From a virus (lineage: Duplodnaviria; Heunggongvirae; Uroviricota; Caudoviricetes), in the IMG/VR virus record IMGVR_UViG_3300017605_000626, positions 64,001 through 124,036 of that record: a stretch of DNA of 60,036 bases; one strand, written 5' to 3'. Both the position numbers and the translations under genes were made by a program. Under the pieces are notes generated by a model, which worked only from the letters and a program-made list of their open reading frames with translations, was not told the DNA's origin and ran no database searches. Of the stretch, positions 28,008-36,819 are shown in pieces (the first letter of the stretch is position 1; each line of letters begins with the position of its first letter).

Positions 28008-30197
28008 ATGTCTAATTTTTCATTGCCGTGGAATACAGCTACATCCCCTAATGGACCTCATACTATTTACGCGGTAGTTACAGATTTTTCTGGTAATACT
28101 GTTACAACGAGTACAATTAATGTAACGGTACTAAATGATGAGCCTGCTCCACCAGATACACCTCCAACACCGACCCCTCCTCCAGTTGTTGTACCACAGA
28201 CAACAACTACAGAGCCTATTCCGTTAGGGGCGTTATTTTACAATACACTTGGTGAGTTTTCTACATTCATAGCACAAGCTGTTTTTCCTAGTGCGACTGA
28301 TCCAGACGCTAGTGGTAATTTTACCGATGATTGGATTGATGTTGTTAGGGACTTGGGGGTTGTTGGAGATGGTTCAGACGAAACTGAGAAAGTTCAAACA
28401 GCATTAGATCAAGCAAGGGACAATGTAATAGCAGGAGCAGGTAAAACTAGAGTTCTTATTCCAAGCAGTGTGGTGGTTAGTGTTGCTCCTGTAGAAAATG
28501 ATTTATGTGATGGGTCTTACTATAACTCTGTTGGTGTTTGTTTGTGGATAGATAGTGGTGTTCATTTTAGAGTTAATGGGGTTTTGAAAGCAAGATTTGG
28601 TTCTATTCAGACTTATTCTAATGGGCAAATAACTATATTAGAAGCGCGTAATTCATTTGTAGGTGCTATTGATTCTGGAGATCACGATATTGTTATTGAT
28701 GGTACAGGCACAATTGATTTAGAAGGTATCTATGATACTAATGGTGAATTTACTGATGATGAAACAGAATCCTTAGCTAAACAAATAAAATCTCTATGGG
28801 CATTGAGGGCATATAAAGTAAGTAAGTTGACAGTTAAAGATTTAACAATTGCACATGGTATTGGAGAGAAGTTCCAAATAGGTTTTTCTGAGTTTGTGAA
28901 TTTTGATAATGTTAAATTTGATACTGCTCTGAGATATGAAGTTAGTAATGAAATAGATACGGCATTAATTAATTTAGATGTTTGTCGTGGTGTTCATGTT
29001 ACTGGTTGTTATAGTAAGAATTGTAGTATTTATAGGGGAGTGGCTTGTTGGGCAAGCACAGAAGTTACAATTGATGGAAATGATTTTTCTGATTTAACTG
29101 GGGCGACAGGCGCTGAAATTGAAGAAGTAGATGTTGGAGTTTCTAGAATTTGGGACGGCTCTGTTTCTAACTATATTAAGTTAACTGGCCAAGGATTATT
29201 TAATGGTGCTTCTTGTCAGTGTGCTTGGATTGAGCCTGCTAGTATAGGAGTGTTGGGGACGATTCTTGGGAACAGGTTCGACTCTGGTTATTCTATGAGA
29301 ATAACTGCTGCCAATGAGCTAGAATTGTTCTGGTCTACAGAGCCATTAGTGGCGGGCAATTGGACAGATTATTCATTGAAAGTTCCATTAACAACTGCTG
29401 GCGGAGCATCGTCAAATTTTTTGGTGGCGGGTAGACCTCTTTTTGTTGCTATAAATGTTACTTTTTCGGGTGCTCCTGTCATTGCTGACTTTTATGCTGG
29501 CTTTACTCCAGGCAGTGTGCAGCTCCTTGGCACGGTAAGTGGTGGTCATGCTATAGCACCTAATGGCACGATTGCATGTGGTATCGGAGTAAATATGTAT
29601 GGTTTAACCCCGCAGCACGCCTTTAATGGTAAGCTTGCTCGAATTGCGGTAATTACTCGCGCTCTTACCGTAAGTGAATTAAGAGCGTTTGCTGCTTGTG
29701 GGGCACTACCACCAGATGCAGATGTTGCTATTACTAGGTTCTTTTTGGAAATTACTGGTGATTCCCCTGAACCAAATAATTATGGAACGTCCATTCCTGG
29801 AACTGTTGTTGGTTCTCTGCCGATAGCTGATGGTTTATGTGGTAATGTTGACGACTTAACTACTCCAGGAATAGGCACTGCTGTTTGGTTTACAGATTAT
29901 GGTATGGAATTTATTGAAAAAGATATGGCTTACGATGAGGATATTTATGATTTGGATGCAGGTTTAGATTCCAGACTAAAAATTACTAACAACACATTCT
30001 GTCGTAATGGTTCTGATGGGATTAGAATTTTGGGCGCGGCCCAACAAGGGACGCTCACTGACAGTGTTACGATTGTGAACAACACTATTTGTAGTAACGG
30101 GGCCAGTGGTATTTTGATTGATGGTTTGAAAGATTTCATTATTAACGATAATCAGATTAAAAATAATGGTCATGGTTATCCTCTTCAGTTTGATTAG
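28008..30197 (+). CDS. Tailspike-like beta-helix protein (second half of Ig, pectate-lyase-3-like start, nested LamG)
   Basis: WNTATSPNGPHTIYAVVTDFSGN; DLGVVGDGSDETEKVQTALD; FNGKLARIAVITRALT; Asn-ladder C-terminus. Confidence 0.75.
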   Translation: MSNFSLPWNTATSPNGPHTIYAVVTDFSGNTVTTSTINVTVLNDEPAPPDTPPTPTPPPVVVPQTTTTEPIPLGALFYNTLGEFSTFIAQAVFPSATDPDASGNFTDDWIDVVRDLGVVGDGSDETEKVQTALDQARDNVIAGAGKTRVLIPSSVVVSVAPVENDLCDGSYYNSVGVCLWIDSGVHFRVNGVLKARFGSIQTYSNGQITILEARNSFVGAIDSGDHDIVIDGTGTIDLEGIYDTNGEFTDDETESLAKQIKSLWALRAYKVSKLTVKDLTIAHGIGEKFQIGFSEFVNFDNVKFDTALRYEVSNEIDTALINLDVCRGVHVTGCYSKNCSIYRGVACWASTEVTIDGNDFSDLTGATGAEIEEVDVGVSRIWDGSVSNYIKLTGQGLFNGASCQCAWIEPASIGVLGTILGNRFDSGYSMRITAANELELFWSTEPLVAGNWTDYSLKVPLTTAGGASSNFLVAGRPLFVAINVTFSGAPVIADFYAGFTPGSVQLLGTVSGGHAIAPNGTIACGIGVNMYGLTPQHAFNGKLARIAVITRALTVSELRAFAACGALPPDADVAITRFFLEITGDSPEPNNYGTSIPGTVVGSLPIADGLCGNVDDLTTPGIGTAVWFTDYGMEFIEKDMAYDEDIYDLDAGLDSRLKITNNTFCRNGSDGIRILGAAQQGTLTDSVTIVNNTICSNGASGILIDGLKDFIINDNQIKNNGHGYPLQFD

Positions 30198-30205
30198 GAC
30201 TAGAA

Positions 30206-31384
30206 ATGGCTATATTAGATTTTCCACCAAATAATTTAGAGGCTACTTACACTGTTAAACAGTTTGCTATTGGCCAAAGACTTGTAGTTTATTTAGTTTG
30301 GGAACCTGGGGCAACTGCTAATGGAGTATATTTTAGTTTGGAGTTTTGTACAGGTGCAGCATGTAGTGGATTTACTGAGTTTACTACTGACCTTGTGTTT
30401 CCCTATGTTGCAAGCAATACTGGGCTTGCCACGTTTCTTGATGGGTATGATAGAACACTTACCCCATCCACAGTATATAGATATAGAGTCAGGAACCAGT
30501 ATGCAGGTGGATATAGCACTTATTCTAATATTGCTGAGGTTACACTGCCAGCGTTTACCCCTGATCCTGTGCCAGACCCCGGCACAAACACGGCGCCACC
30601 ATTGCCACCGTCTAATCTAACAGGGTCTGCAACGGCCAATGATATTGATCTTTTGTGGGATGACAACTCTGATAATGAAACAAGTTTTATATTACAGAGA
30701 TCAAGTGAAGTTGATGCTACTTGGAGAACAATAACTAATCTTGCTCCTAATACTGTTTCATATTCTGATACTGGATTGTCTTATGATGTTTCATATTTCT
30801 ATAGAATTAAATCAGCCAATCAATATGGAGAATCTGCATATATTACTTCTGCTGCAATTACTACTGATCCTCTGACAGTATCTAATCTTGGCGCACCTAC
30901 GTTTTCTTCTGCAACGGCTGAGTTTGTTTCTGGAGTTCCACAAGTAAACCTAGTTTGGATTGATAATGCAACTACTGAAACAGCTTATATTATTGAGCGT
31001 AAAATAGGTACAGGTGGAACATTTTCTACTTTAGTTGTTACTCTACCAGATGTTCAAGCATTTACAGACACTAATGTTGTATCAGGTGGTATTTATTTGT
31101 ATAGAATCAGAGCTTATCGCAGTTCTGATACACAGTATTCCCCTTGGAGCGCCACAAAGACTGTGGGTGTTGGAGAGGATAATCCAGATACAACTGCTGC
31201 TGGTTACGGAATTGCACATGCTGATATGAATCCATTACAAGGCGGAGTGATTAGGGATAATCAAATTGGTAATAATGGTAAAGCTAATATTAGTGCGACC
31301 ATTTATATAGCCACAGATATTACTATTGATAACCCTGGAACAGAAAATACTTATATACGCAGAGGCGTAGTTATCTACGAATAA
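30206..31384 (+). CDS. Fibronectin type III repeat tail protein
   Basis: Three FN3 units: LxWxDNxxxETxxxxxR..YxYRxxA; beta-helix-like tail. Confidence 0.8.
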   Translation: MAILDFPPNNLEATYTVKQFAIGQRLVVYLVWEPGATANGVYFSLEFCTGAACSGFTEFTTDLVFPYVASNTGLATFLDGYDRTLTPSTVYRYRVRNQYAGGYSTYSNIAEVTLPAFTPDPVPDPGTNTAPPLPPSNLTGSATANDIDLLWDDNSDNETSFILQRSSEVDATWRTITNLAPNTVSYSDTGLSYDVSYFYRIKSANQYGESAYITSAAITTDPLTVSNLGAPTFSSATAEFVSGVPQVNLVWIDNATTETAYIIERKIGTGGTFSTLVVTLPDVQAFTDTNVVSGGIYLYRIRAYRSSDTQYSPWSATKTVGVGEDNPDTTAAGYGIAHADMNPLQGGVIRDNQIGNNGKANISATIYIATDITIDNPGTENTYIRRGVVIYE

Positions 31385-31389
31385 ATAAA

Positions 31390-31887
31390 ATGGGAATTGT
31401 TACATGGGGCAAACGTGCTCTTAATCTTTTAACTGCCAGTAACACTTGGTCTGGAACTAATACATTTCAGACTGCAACATTAGCACAACAAACTACTTCT
31501 AACGCGGCGAAGATAACATTTGGTTGGGTCACTGAACAACTTACTTTAAGTACAGGCGCTGCTACAACTGATACTTCTATGGATTTGCCTGCAAACAGCA
31601 TAATAGATAGTGTCGTATATCGTGTCACAACTACCATTACGACAGCAGCGAGTTATAGTATAGGTGATCCTACTACAGCAGCAAGATTTATTAGCGGTAG
31701 CACGGGATTAACGGCAGGTAGTACAGGGGTTGGATTATTACATATGCAGGGTGGGATAACAACTGATGCAGCAGGACCAGTGCAAATTACAACTGCGAAG
31801 GTGAGGGTAACTTGTAATACTACTCCCGGCGCCGGAGTAATTAGATTAACAGTCTTTTATCGCACATTGACACCGCCAACCTCATAA
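31390..31887 (+). CDS. Putative virion structural protein (Thr/Gly/Ala-rich, beta-rich)
   Basis: ORF track; composition; synteny with tail genes. Confidence 0.5.
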   Translation: MGIVTWGKRALNLLTASNTWSGTNTFQTATLAQQTTSNAAKITFGWVTEQLTLSTGAATTDTSMDLPANSIIDSVVYRVTTTITTAASYSIGDPTTAARFISGSTGLTAGSTGVGLLHMQGGITTDAAGPVQITTAKVRVTCNTTPGAGVIRLTVFYRTLTPPTS

Positions 31888-31899
31888 TGGAGATTTTAA

Positions 31900-32736
31900 A
31901 TGGCAAATAAAATGTTTGGTGCAGTTGTTACTGGCACCGTTGACTTATCCTTAGAAGTTACTTTACATGATAGTACTACTGGAGCAGGTTTAACAGGAGT
32001 AGCTTTTGGGTCAGTAACTACTTATTATTACAGGCAAGGTGCAGCTTCTGCCGTTCAGATTACTATGGCTTCATTAGCTGCAAATAATACTGTTCATACT
32101 GATGGTGGGTGGAGAGAAATAGATTCTACTAATATGCCTGGAGTATATCGTCTTGACTCTACAGACGCCGCTTTTGCAACTGGAGCAGAATGGGTGCATT
32201 TTAATATTAGAGTAACTGGTGCTGATGCAGTTAACTTTACTGTGCCATTAAATAATTTAAGTATTGGAACTACTGGTGGAGTTTTACTTCAGCCAACAAC
32301 ACATACTTCTGCTGTTATTCCTACAGTTAGTACGCTTACAGGCCATACTGCACAAACTGGAGATTCTTACGCCATAGTAAATAGTTCTACATTTGGTAAT
32401 TCAAAGTTAGTAAGATCAACAACACCTGCTAATACACTTACTGTTAATGCTTCTAATCAGGCAAGTATTGATGGCTCTTCTGTTACTTTAGGTTCAACAG
32501 AACGAAATGCTATTGCTGCTGCTATATGGTTATCAAGTCCTGCAACTGAAAGTTATGCTGCTGATGGAGCTATACCTACTTTGGCTCAGTTTTTATTTAT
32601 GATACAACAAAGACAAAATGAGTTTGCAAAGGTAACGACTACAATCACTGTTAAGAAATTAGATGGTACTACAACAGCAGCAACATTTACTTTAAACGAC
32701 AGTACTAATCCAACTACTATTACAAGAGCAAGTTAA
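31900..32736 (+). CDS. Putative virion structural protein
   Basis: ORF track; GGAG RBS; Thr/Ala-rich. Confidence 0.5.
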   Translation: MANKMFGAVVTGTVDLSLEVTLHDSTTGAGLTGVAFGSVTTYYYRQGAASAVQITMASLAANNTVHTDGGWREIDSTNMPGVYRLDSTDAAFATGAEWVHFNIRVTGADAVNFTVPLNNLSIGTTGGVLLQPTTHTSAVIPTVSTLTGHTAQTGDSYAIVNSSTFGNSKLVRSTTPANTLTVNASNQASIDGSSVTLGSTERNAIAAAIWLSSPATESYAADGAIPTLAQFLFMIQQRQNEFAKVTTTITVKKLDGTTTAATFTLNDSTNPTTITRAS

Positions 32737-32763
32737 TGAGCAAAATATTTTAGAGGTAGTATT

Positions 32764-33153
32764 ATGACAGTGCAGGACTTTATTCAGTACGCAGGGGCTG
32801 TAGGAGGAGGAGCAGCTAGTCTTAAATTAATTGAGCTTATAGTGGATTATTTTAAGGCAAGAAGAGAAAAATCTGTAGATTTTAAAAAGATTGACGTAGA
32901 AGAAAATATTGCTTTAACTAAATTAAATATTGAGAGTGAAGATAAACTTAGGCTTGAACTATGGGAAAGAATTAAATCCTTAGAATCAAGAGTAAATGAT
33001 TTAGATAGAAAAGAACAAGATTGTTGGGATAAGTATAATTTATTATTTAAAAGTAATGCAGAACTTTCAGCAGAGCTAAACTACGTGAAGACTATTTTAC
33101 ATAGTAGTAGTTCAGAAATAATTAAACTTCTTCCAAAAAAGGAGGATAAATAA
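32764..33153 (+). CDS. Holin-like / membrane-anchored coiled-coil protein
   Basis: Weakly hydrophobic N-terminal helix, charged coiled coil, position directly after tail genes. Confidence 0.4.
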   Translation: MTVQDFIQYAGAVGGGAASLKLIELIVDYFKARREKSVDFKKIDVEENIALTKLNIESEDKLRLELWERIKSLESRVNDLDRKEQDCWDKYNLLFKSNAELSAELNYVKTILHSSSSEIIKLLPKKEDK

Positions 33154-33154
33154 T

Positions 33155-33523
33155 TTGTTTGAGCATGGCTTTTGTATATTATGGAATAAGAATCTTATTA
33201 TTTGGTCTATTATAACTAATAGTGCTATAGCTATAGCTTATTTTTTAATACCATTAATATTATGGAGTGTGGCAAAATCTACTGATTTTAAAATTCCTAA
33301 GTCATATAAGAAAACTTTGTTGATGTTTGCGTCGTTTATATTTTTTTGTGGGTCTGGCCATTTATTAGATATAATGGTTATATGGTTTCCCTGGTATTGG
33401 ACTAAGATAGTCTGGGACGGTTTGACGGCTTTAACTAGCTTAATAACTGTATTTAATTTATACCCACTAGCTAAACGTTTTATAATCTTAGTGGATTTAG
33501 AGACTTCAGAGAATAAACTTTAA
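33155..33523 (+). CDS. Stand-alone ethylene-receptor-like (ETR1/Slr1212-type) three-helix membrane sensor domain
   Basis: HGFCILW; IAIAYFLIPL (ETR1 IAIAYFSIPL); FASFIFFCGSGHLL (ETR1 FGAFIVLCGATHLI); GLTALTS (ETR1 VLTAVVS); TTG start with GGAGG RBS. Confidence 0.85.
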   Translation: MFEHGFCILWNKNLIIWSIITNSAIAIAYFLIPLILWSVAKSTDFKIPKSYKKTLLMFASFIFFCGSGHLLDIMVIWFPWYWTKIVWDGLTALTSLITVFNLYPLAKRFIILVDLETSENKL

Positions 33524-33525
33524 GC

Positions 33526-33554
33526 TTGACTTTAACTAGCATTTATGATAATGT
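33526..33554 (+). promoter_or_regulatory. Sigma70-type promoter
   Basis: TTGACT-N17-TAATGT with TG extension, upstream of the exonuclease operon. Confidence 0.5.
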
Positions 33555-33592
33555 ACATCACAAAGTAATTATATTTATTTGAAAGGCTAGTA

Positions 33593-34384
33593 ATGACTAA
33601 ATCATTAATATCAAGTAATACAGTAAAAACATTGTTGTTAGATTGTGAGACGGCGCCAATACTTGCTTCGGTCTGGCAACTATTTGATGTAAATGTTGGA
33701 CTTGAGCAAATAAAAACGGACTGGCATTTATTAAGTTTTGCCGCTAAATGGCTAGGAAGTAAAGGAGTATTTTACGAAGATCAATCTAAAGCCAAGGACA
33801 TTGAAGATGATAGTAAATTATTAAAATCACTACATAAGTTGTTGGATGAAGCGGAGATTGTAATTGCTCACAATGGTAGGAAGTTTGATCTTAAAAAAAT
33901 AAATACTCGGCTTATTATAAATGGTTTTAGTCCGCCATCACCATATAAAATTATAGATACACTTGAAATAGCAAGACGTAACTTTGGATTTTCTAGTAAT
34001 CGTTTAGCGTTTTTATCTGAATTTTTATGCAAAGAAAAAAAATCAGACCATAAAAAATTTCCTGGATTTTCTTTGTGGAAGGAATGTTTGGCTGGTAATA
34101 AACAAGCGTGGGAAGAGATGAAAAAATACAATGTTCAAGATGTAGTTTCCTTGGAGCAGCTCTACCTTAAGTTAAGGCCGTGGGATAATAAGCACCCAAA
34201 TAAAGGTGTGTATTTAACTGGGTCTATTTGTCCTAAATGTGGTAGTAGTAAAATTGAGAAACGTGGATTTAGTTTTACTCAGGTAGGTAAGTATCAACGT
34301 TATCAATGTCTTAGTTGTGCTGGATGGTCACGCGGCGCCCAACTATTAAATACAAGAGAAGAGCGCAGTGAATTAGTGAGGTAA
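33593..34384 (+). CDS. RNase H-like (DEDD) 3'-5' exonuclease with C-terminal zinc ribbon
   Basis: LDCET, HNGRKFD, IDTL, YNVQDV; CPKC..RYQCLSC. Confidence 0.85.
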   Translation: MTKSLISSNTVKTLLLDCETAPILASVWQLFDVNVGLEQIKTDWHLLSFAAKWLGSKGVFYEDQSKAKDIEDDSKLLKSLHKLLDEAEIVIAHNGRKFDLKKINTRLIINGFSPPSPYKIIDTLEIARRNFGFSSNRLAFLSEFLCKEKKSDHKKFPGFSLWKECLAGNKQAWEEMKKYNVQDVVSLEQLYLKLRPWDNKHPNKGVYLTGSICPKCGSSKIEKRGFSFTQVGKYQRYQCLSCAGWSRGAQLLNTREERSELVR

Positions 34385-34390
34385 GTATTT

Positions 34391-34609
34391 ATGGAAGTTA
34401 AAGCAGAAATTTCTAATTTTAGAATGGCAGTTGCTTTACTTTCTGCTATTTCATTGTCTTATACATTATTTACAATGTTTGTTTATTATATATTTGGTGC
34501 TATATCTTTTGTTCTTGGAATTAGATATGTGTCATTTGGGTCCGCACATTTAATTTCTTTAATTTTATTTGTTTCTTTAACTTTAGTTAATATACTAAGA
34601 AAGGCTTAA
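34391..34609 (+). CDS. Small two-TM membrane protein
   Basis: ORF track; hydrophobic; GAGG RBS. Confidence 0.5.
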   Translation: MEVKAEISNFRMAVALLSAISLSYTLFTMFVYYIFGAISFVLGIRYVSFGSAHLISLILFVSLTLVNILRKA

Positions 34610-34613
34610 TACA

Positions 34614-35216
34614 ATGGCTTCAAGTAGTCCGGTTATTATTGGATTTGGGTATAGACTTCAGAATGGAAAAGATACAGTGGTACAATCTATTCTTGATGGT
34701 TATGGTTCTAAGTATGATATGAAGAGATATGCATTTGCCGATGATTTAAAGGAAGAAGTGGCTGGCAAGGAAATGGACCTTTGTATTAAGTATGATATTG
34801 AACCAGACCCAGAGAATAAGTGGAGAAATTTATTACAATTTTGGGGTCAATTTAGAAGAGAGCAAGATGAGTTTTATTGGATTAAAAAAGTAGCTAATAA
34901 ATTAGATATAGATCAACCAAGAGTTGCTTTAATATCGGATGTTAGATATAGAAATGAAGCTACATTTATTAAAGATAGAGATGGTTTCTTGGTTAAAGTA
35001 ACTAGAACTGGTTATGTCGATGTTACTTCTAATAATGACCACCAATCAGAGCACGATTTAGATTATTATCCTTTTGATTATGAGGTAATTCAAGAAGATG
35101 GTAAGGTAGAAGATTTGAAGTTAGATGCTTTAGAGTTGTTTCAGTTGATTGAAAAAGAGTTGGATGTGGTGGGAGAGTTTCTTAGAATGCTAAGAGAAAG
35201 TGAAGTGAAAGGATAA
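34614..35216 (+). CDS. Deoxynucleoside monophosphate kinase
   Basis: GFGYRLQNGKDT P-loop, RNLLQFWG, ISDVRYRNEA, HQSE. Confidence 0.85.
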   Translation: MASSSPVIIGFGYRLQNGKDTVVQSILDGYGSKYDMKRYAFADDLKEEVAGKEMDLCIKYDIEPDPENKWRNLLQFWGQFRREQDEFYWIKKVANKLDIDQPRVALISDVRYRNEATFIKDRDGFLVKVTRTGYVDVTSNNDHQSEHDLDYYPFDYEVIQEDGKVEDLKLDALELFQLIEKELDVVGEFLRMLRESEVKG

Positions 35217-35220
35217 TAAT

Positions 35221-35346
35221 ATGGGCGAAATGATTAATATGCTTGGAATACTAGGTGGGTTTGTTTTTGTAGGTACACTCTGGTTAGGTGTAGTTTGTTG
35301 GGGTATAAAGCAAGTGGCCGCACTACTTGAATCTAAGTCTAAATAA
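35221..35346 (+). CDS. Small single-TM protein (41 aa; not in ORF track)
   Basis: Translated by hand: MGEMINMLGILGGFVFVGTLWLGVVCWGIKQVAALLESKSK*. Confidence 0.45.
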   Translation: MGEMINMLGILGGFVFVGTLWLGVVCWGIKQVAALLESKSK

Positions 35347-35361
35347 GAAAGAAGATGGGTA

Positions 35362-35637
35362 ATGAATAAGAGTGAGTATGGTAATTGTTTAAAAGCTTTT
35401 CGGTTATTCCGTGAATGCGAAGATAGTAGAATGTCTGGTCCAGGTTTGGTATTAGAAGGTGTGGTATTTCATACCGGGCAGATAGTAGTTAGTTGGTTTA
35501 GTGACGTTAATAGATCAAAGAGCGGTGCTAGTTCTTTAGGATTTTATAATAGTTTAGATGATTTTTATAAAATACACTGTAATTCACATCCGGCAGTTGG
35601 GTCTAAATTGGAATGGTATCGTATAAACTGGCCTTAA
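35362..35637 (+). CDS. Conserved phage hypothetical protein
   Basis: FRLFRECEDSRMSGPGLVLEGVVFHTGQIVVSW pattern familiar from phage proteins. Confidence 0.6.
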   Translation: MNKSEYGNCLKAFRLFRECEDSRMSGPGLVLEGVVFHTGQIVVSWFSDVNRSKSGASSLGFYNSLDDFYKIHCNSHPAVGSKLEWYRINWP

Positions 35638-35640
35638 TGA

Positions 35641-36279
35641 ATGGCACTGAAAATAAAGTTACTTTCAGATTTTCATGATTTCTATGATTTTGCTTTTGAT
35701 CAGGAGGGGGTTTCGTGGGAAAGGTTTGCCAATCCTGGTTTAAGCAGAGTTAAGATGTTTCAGCATTTAGCCGCTTGTGGATTTTCAGTGCCTGCTTACG
35801 GCTATTGTAAGTATTTAATTCCTAATTTAGTTAAACATTTAGGAACAGTTAAATTTAAAGTAGTGGTGCATTTAAAGGAGCATTCTTTTGGCGGAGATTC
35901 TAAAGTATTATTAGACTCAGATGATGCTTTGAGAATGTACCCAGGTAATATAGGAGTTCAGTATATAGAGTCACATAGCACAACTTACACATATTTTAAG
36001 GTAGGTAAATTAGAGTATGGGTTGAAGTACATTAGTACCTCTGATTGGAGGGCTAATTGTGGTGAGTTTAAAGTAGATTTAGTATGTGAAGGATTGGGTA
36101 ATTCATTTCATAAAAGAATTAAATATCCGATATTTTCTATAGATTGTGTTTCAAATTCTGGTCATGTTTATGCTATTGATTTAAATATAGCACCTAAACT
36201 GAGGGGCACTGGTTTGGAGTATCATCTTAGACCTCTTCAAGTATACAAGCAAGTAAGAGACTTTGTTAATTCTCTTTAA
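35641..36279 (+). CDS. ATP-grasp-like protein
   Basis: DWRANC; FSIDCV..YAIDLNIAP resembles the ATP-grasp C-terminal E/D-x-N-x-x-P motif. Confidence 0.45.
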   Translation: MALKIKLLSDFHDFYDFAFDQEGVSWERFANPGLSRVKMFQHLAACGFSVPAYGYCKYLIPNLVKHLGTVKFKVVVHLKEHSFGGDSKVLLDSDDALRMYPGNIGVQYIESHSTTYTYFKVGKLEYGLKYISTSDWRANCGEFKVDLVCEGLGNSFHKRIKYPIFSIDCVSNSGHVYAIDLNIAPKLRGTGLEYHLRPLQVYKQVRDFVNSL

Positions 36280-36817
36280 TTTGTGTTGCTAAGAAAGCAT
36301 CAAGTTCTTGTTGTAGATCGTGTGGATCTGTCCAATTTCTAAGGCGTGTCAGCAACTTAACTGCTTCGTTCATCCTGCGTTGCATGGCGTCGATAGTTTT
36401 TCCGTGCTGATTAGCGAGTGATCCATAGCAATTCGCTTCATACTGAACCTTCTGATTCGCTTCAAGTAAAGCAGCATTCTCACGTTGGCTGTGGGTGAGC
36501 TTCTCTTCTGTATCAACCCACCTATCGTAATCTTCGGCGTGTTCTTTGCATTCCTTGGCGAGTTCGATGCGAAGTTGTCTATTTTCAACTGTAAGAATAT
36601 TGATCTCTCGCGTTTTAGCTGAGTCTTTTATATTGACATCCTCTAATCTTTGCTGGAGTGAGTCACATATCTTAATACGCTCATGATATTTTCTAGACAG
36701 TTCTTCTAGATCTATTTCAAGAATTTCATTGTCTTTCTGGAGAATGGTGAAGTCCTTTTGACAAGGGCTACACGAATGATCTCCAAATCCAACTCTACAT
36801 GCTGTGCAATCTGTCAT
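36266..36817 (-). CDS. Coiled-coil hypothetical protein with N-terminal CxxC-x7-CxxC
   Basis: ORF track; convergent overlap with 35641 gene; elevated GC. Confidence 0.6.
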   Translation of the reverse strand: MTDCTACRVGFGDHSCSPCQKDFTILQKDNEILEIDLEELSRKYHERIKICDSLQQRLEDVNIKDSAKTREINILTVENRQLRIELAKECKEHAEDYDRWVDTEEKLTHSQRENAALLEANQKVQYEANCYGSLANQHGKTIDAMQRRMNEAVKLLTRLRNWTDPHDLQQELDAFLATQIKEN

Positions 36818-36819
36818 AT

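Noticed and set aside
22200-31384. Diversity-generating retroelement or invertase shufflon acting on tail genes
   Set aside because: No reverse transcriptase or recombinase in the window, repeats are direct rather than inverted, and differences are not adenine-specific.
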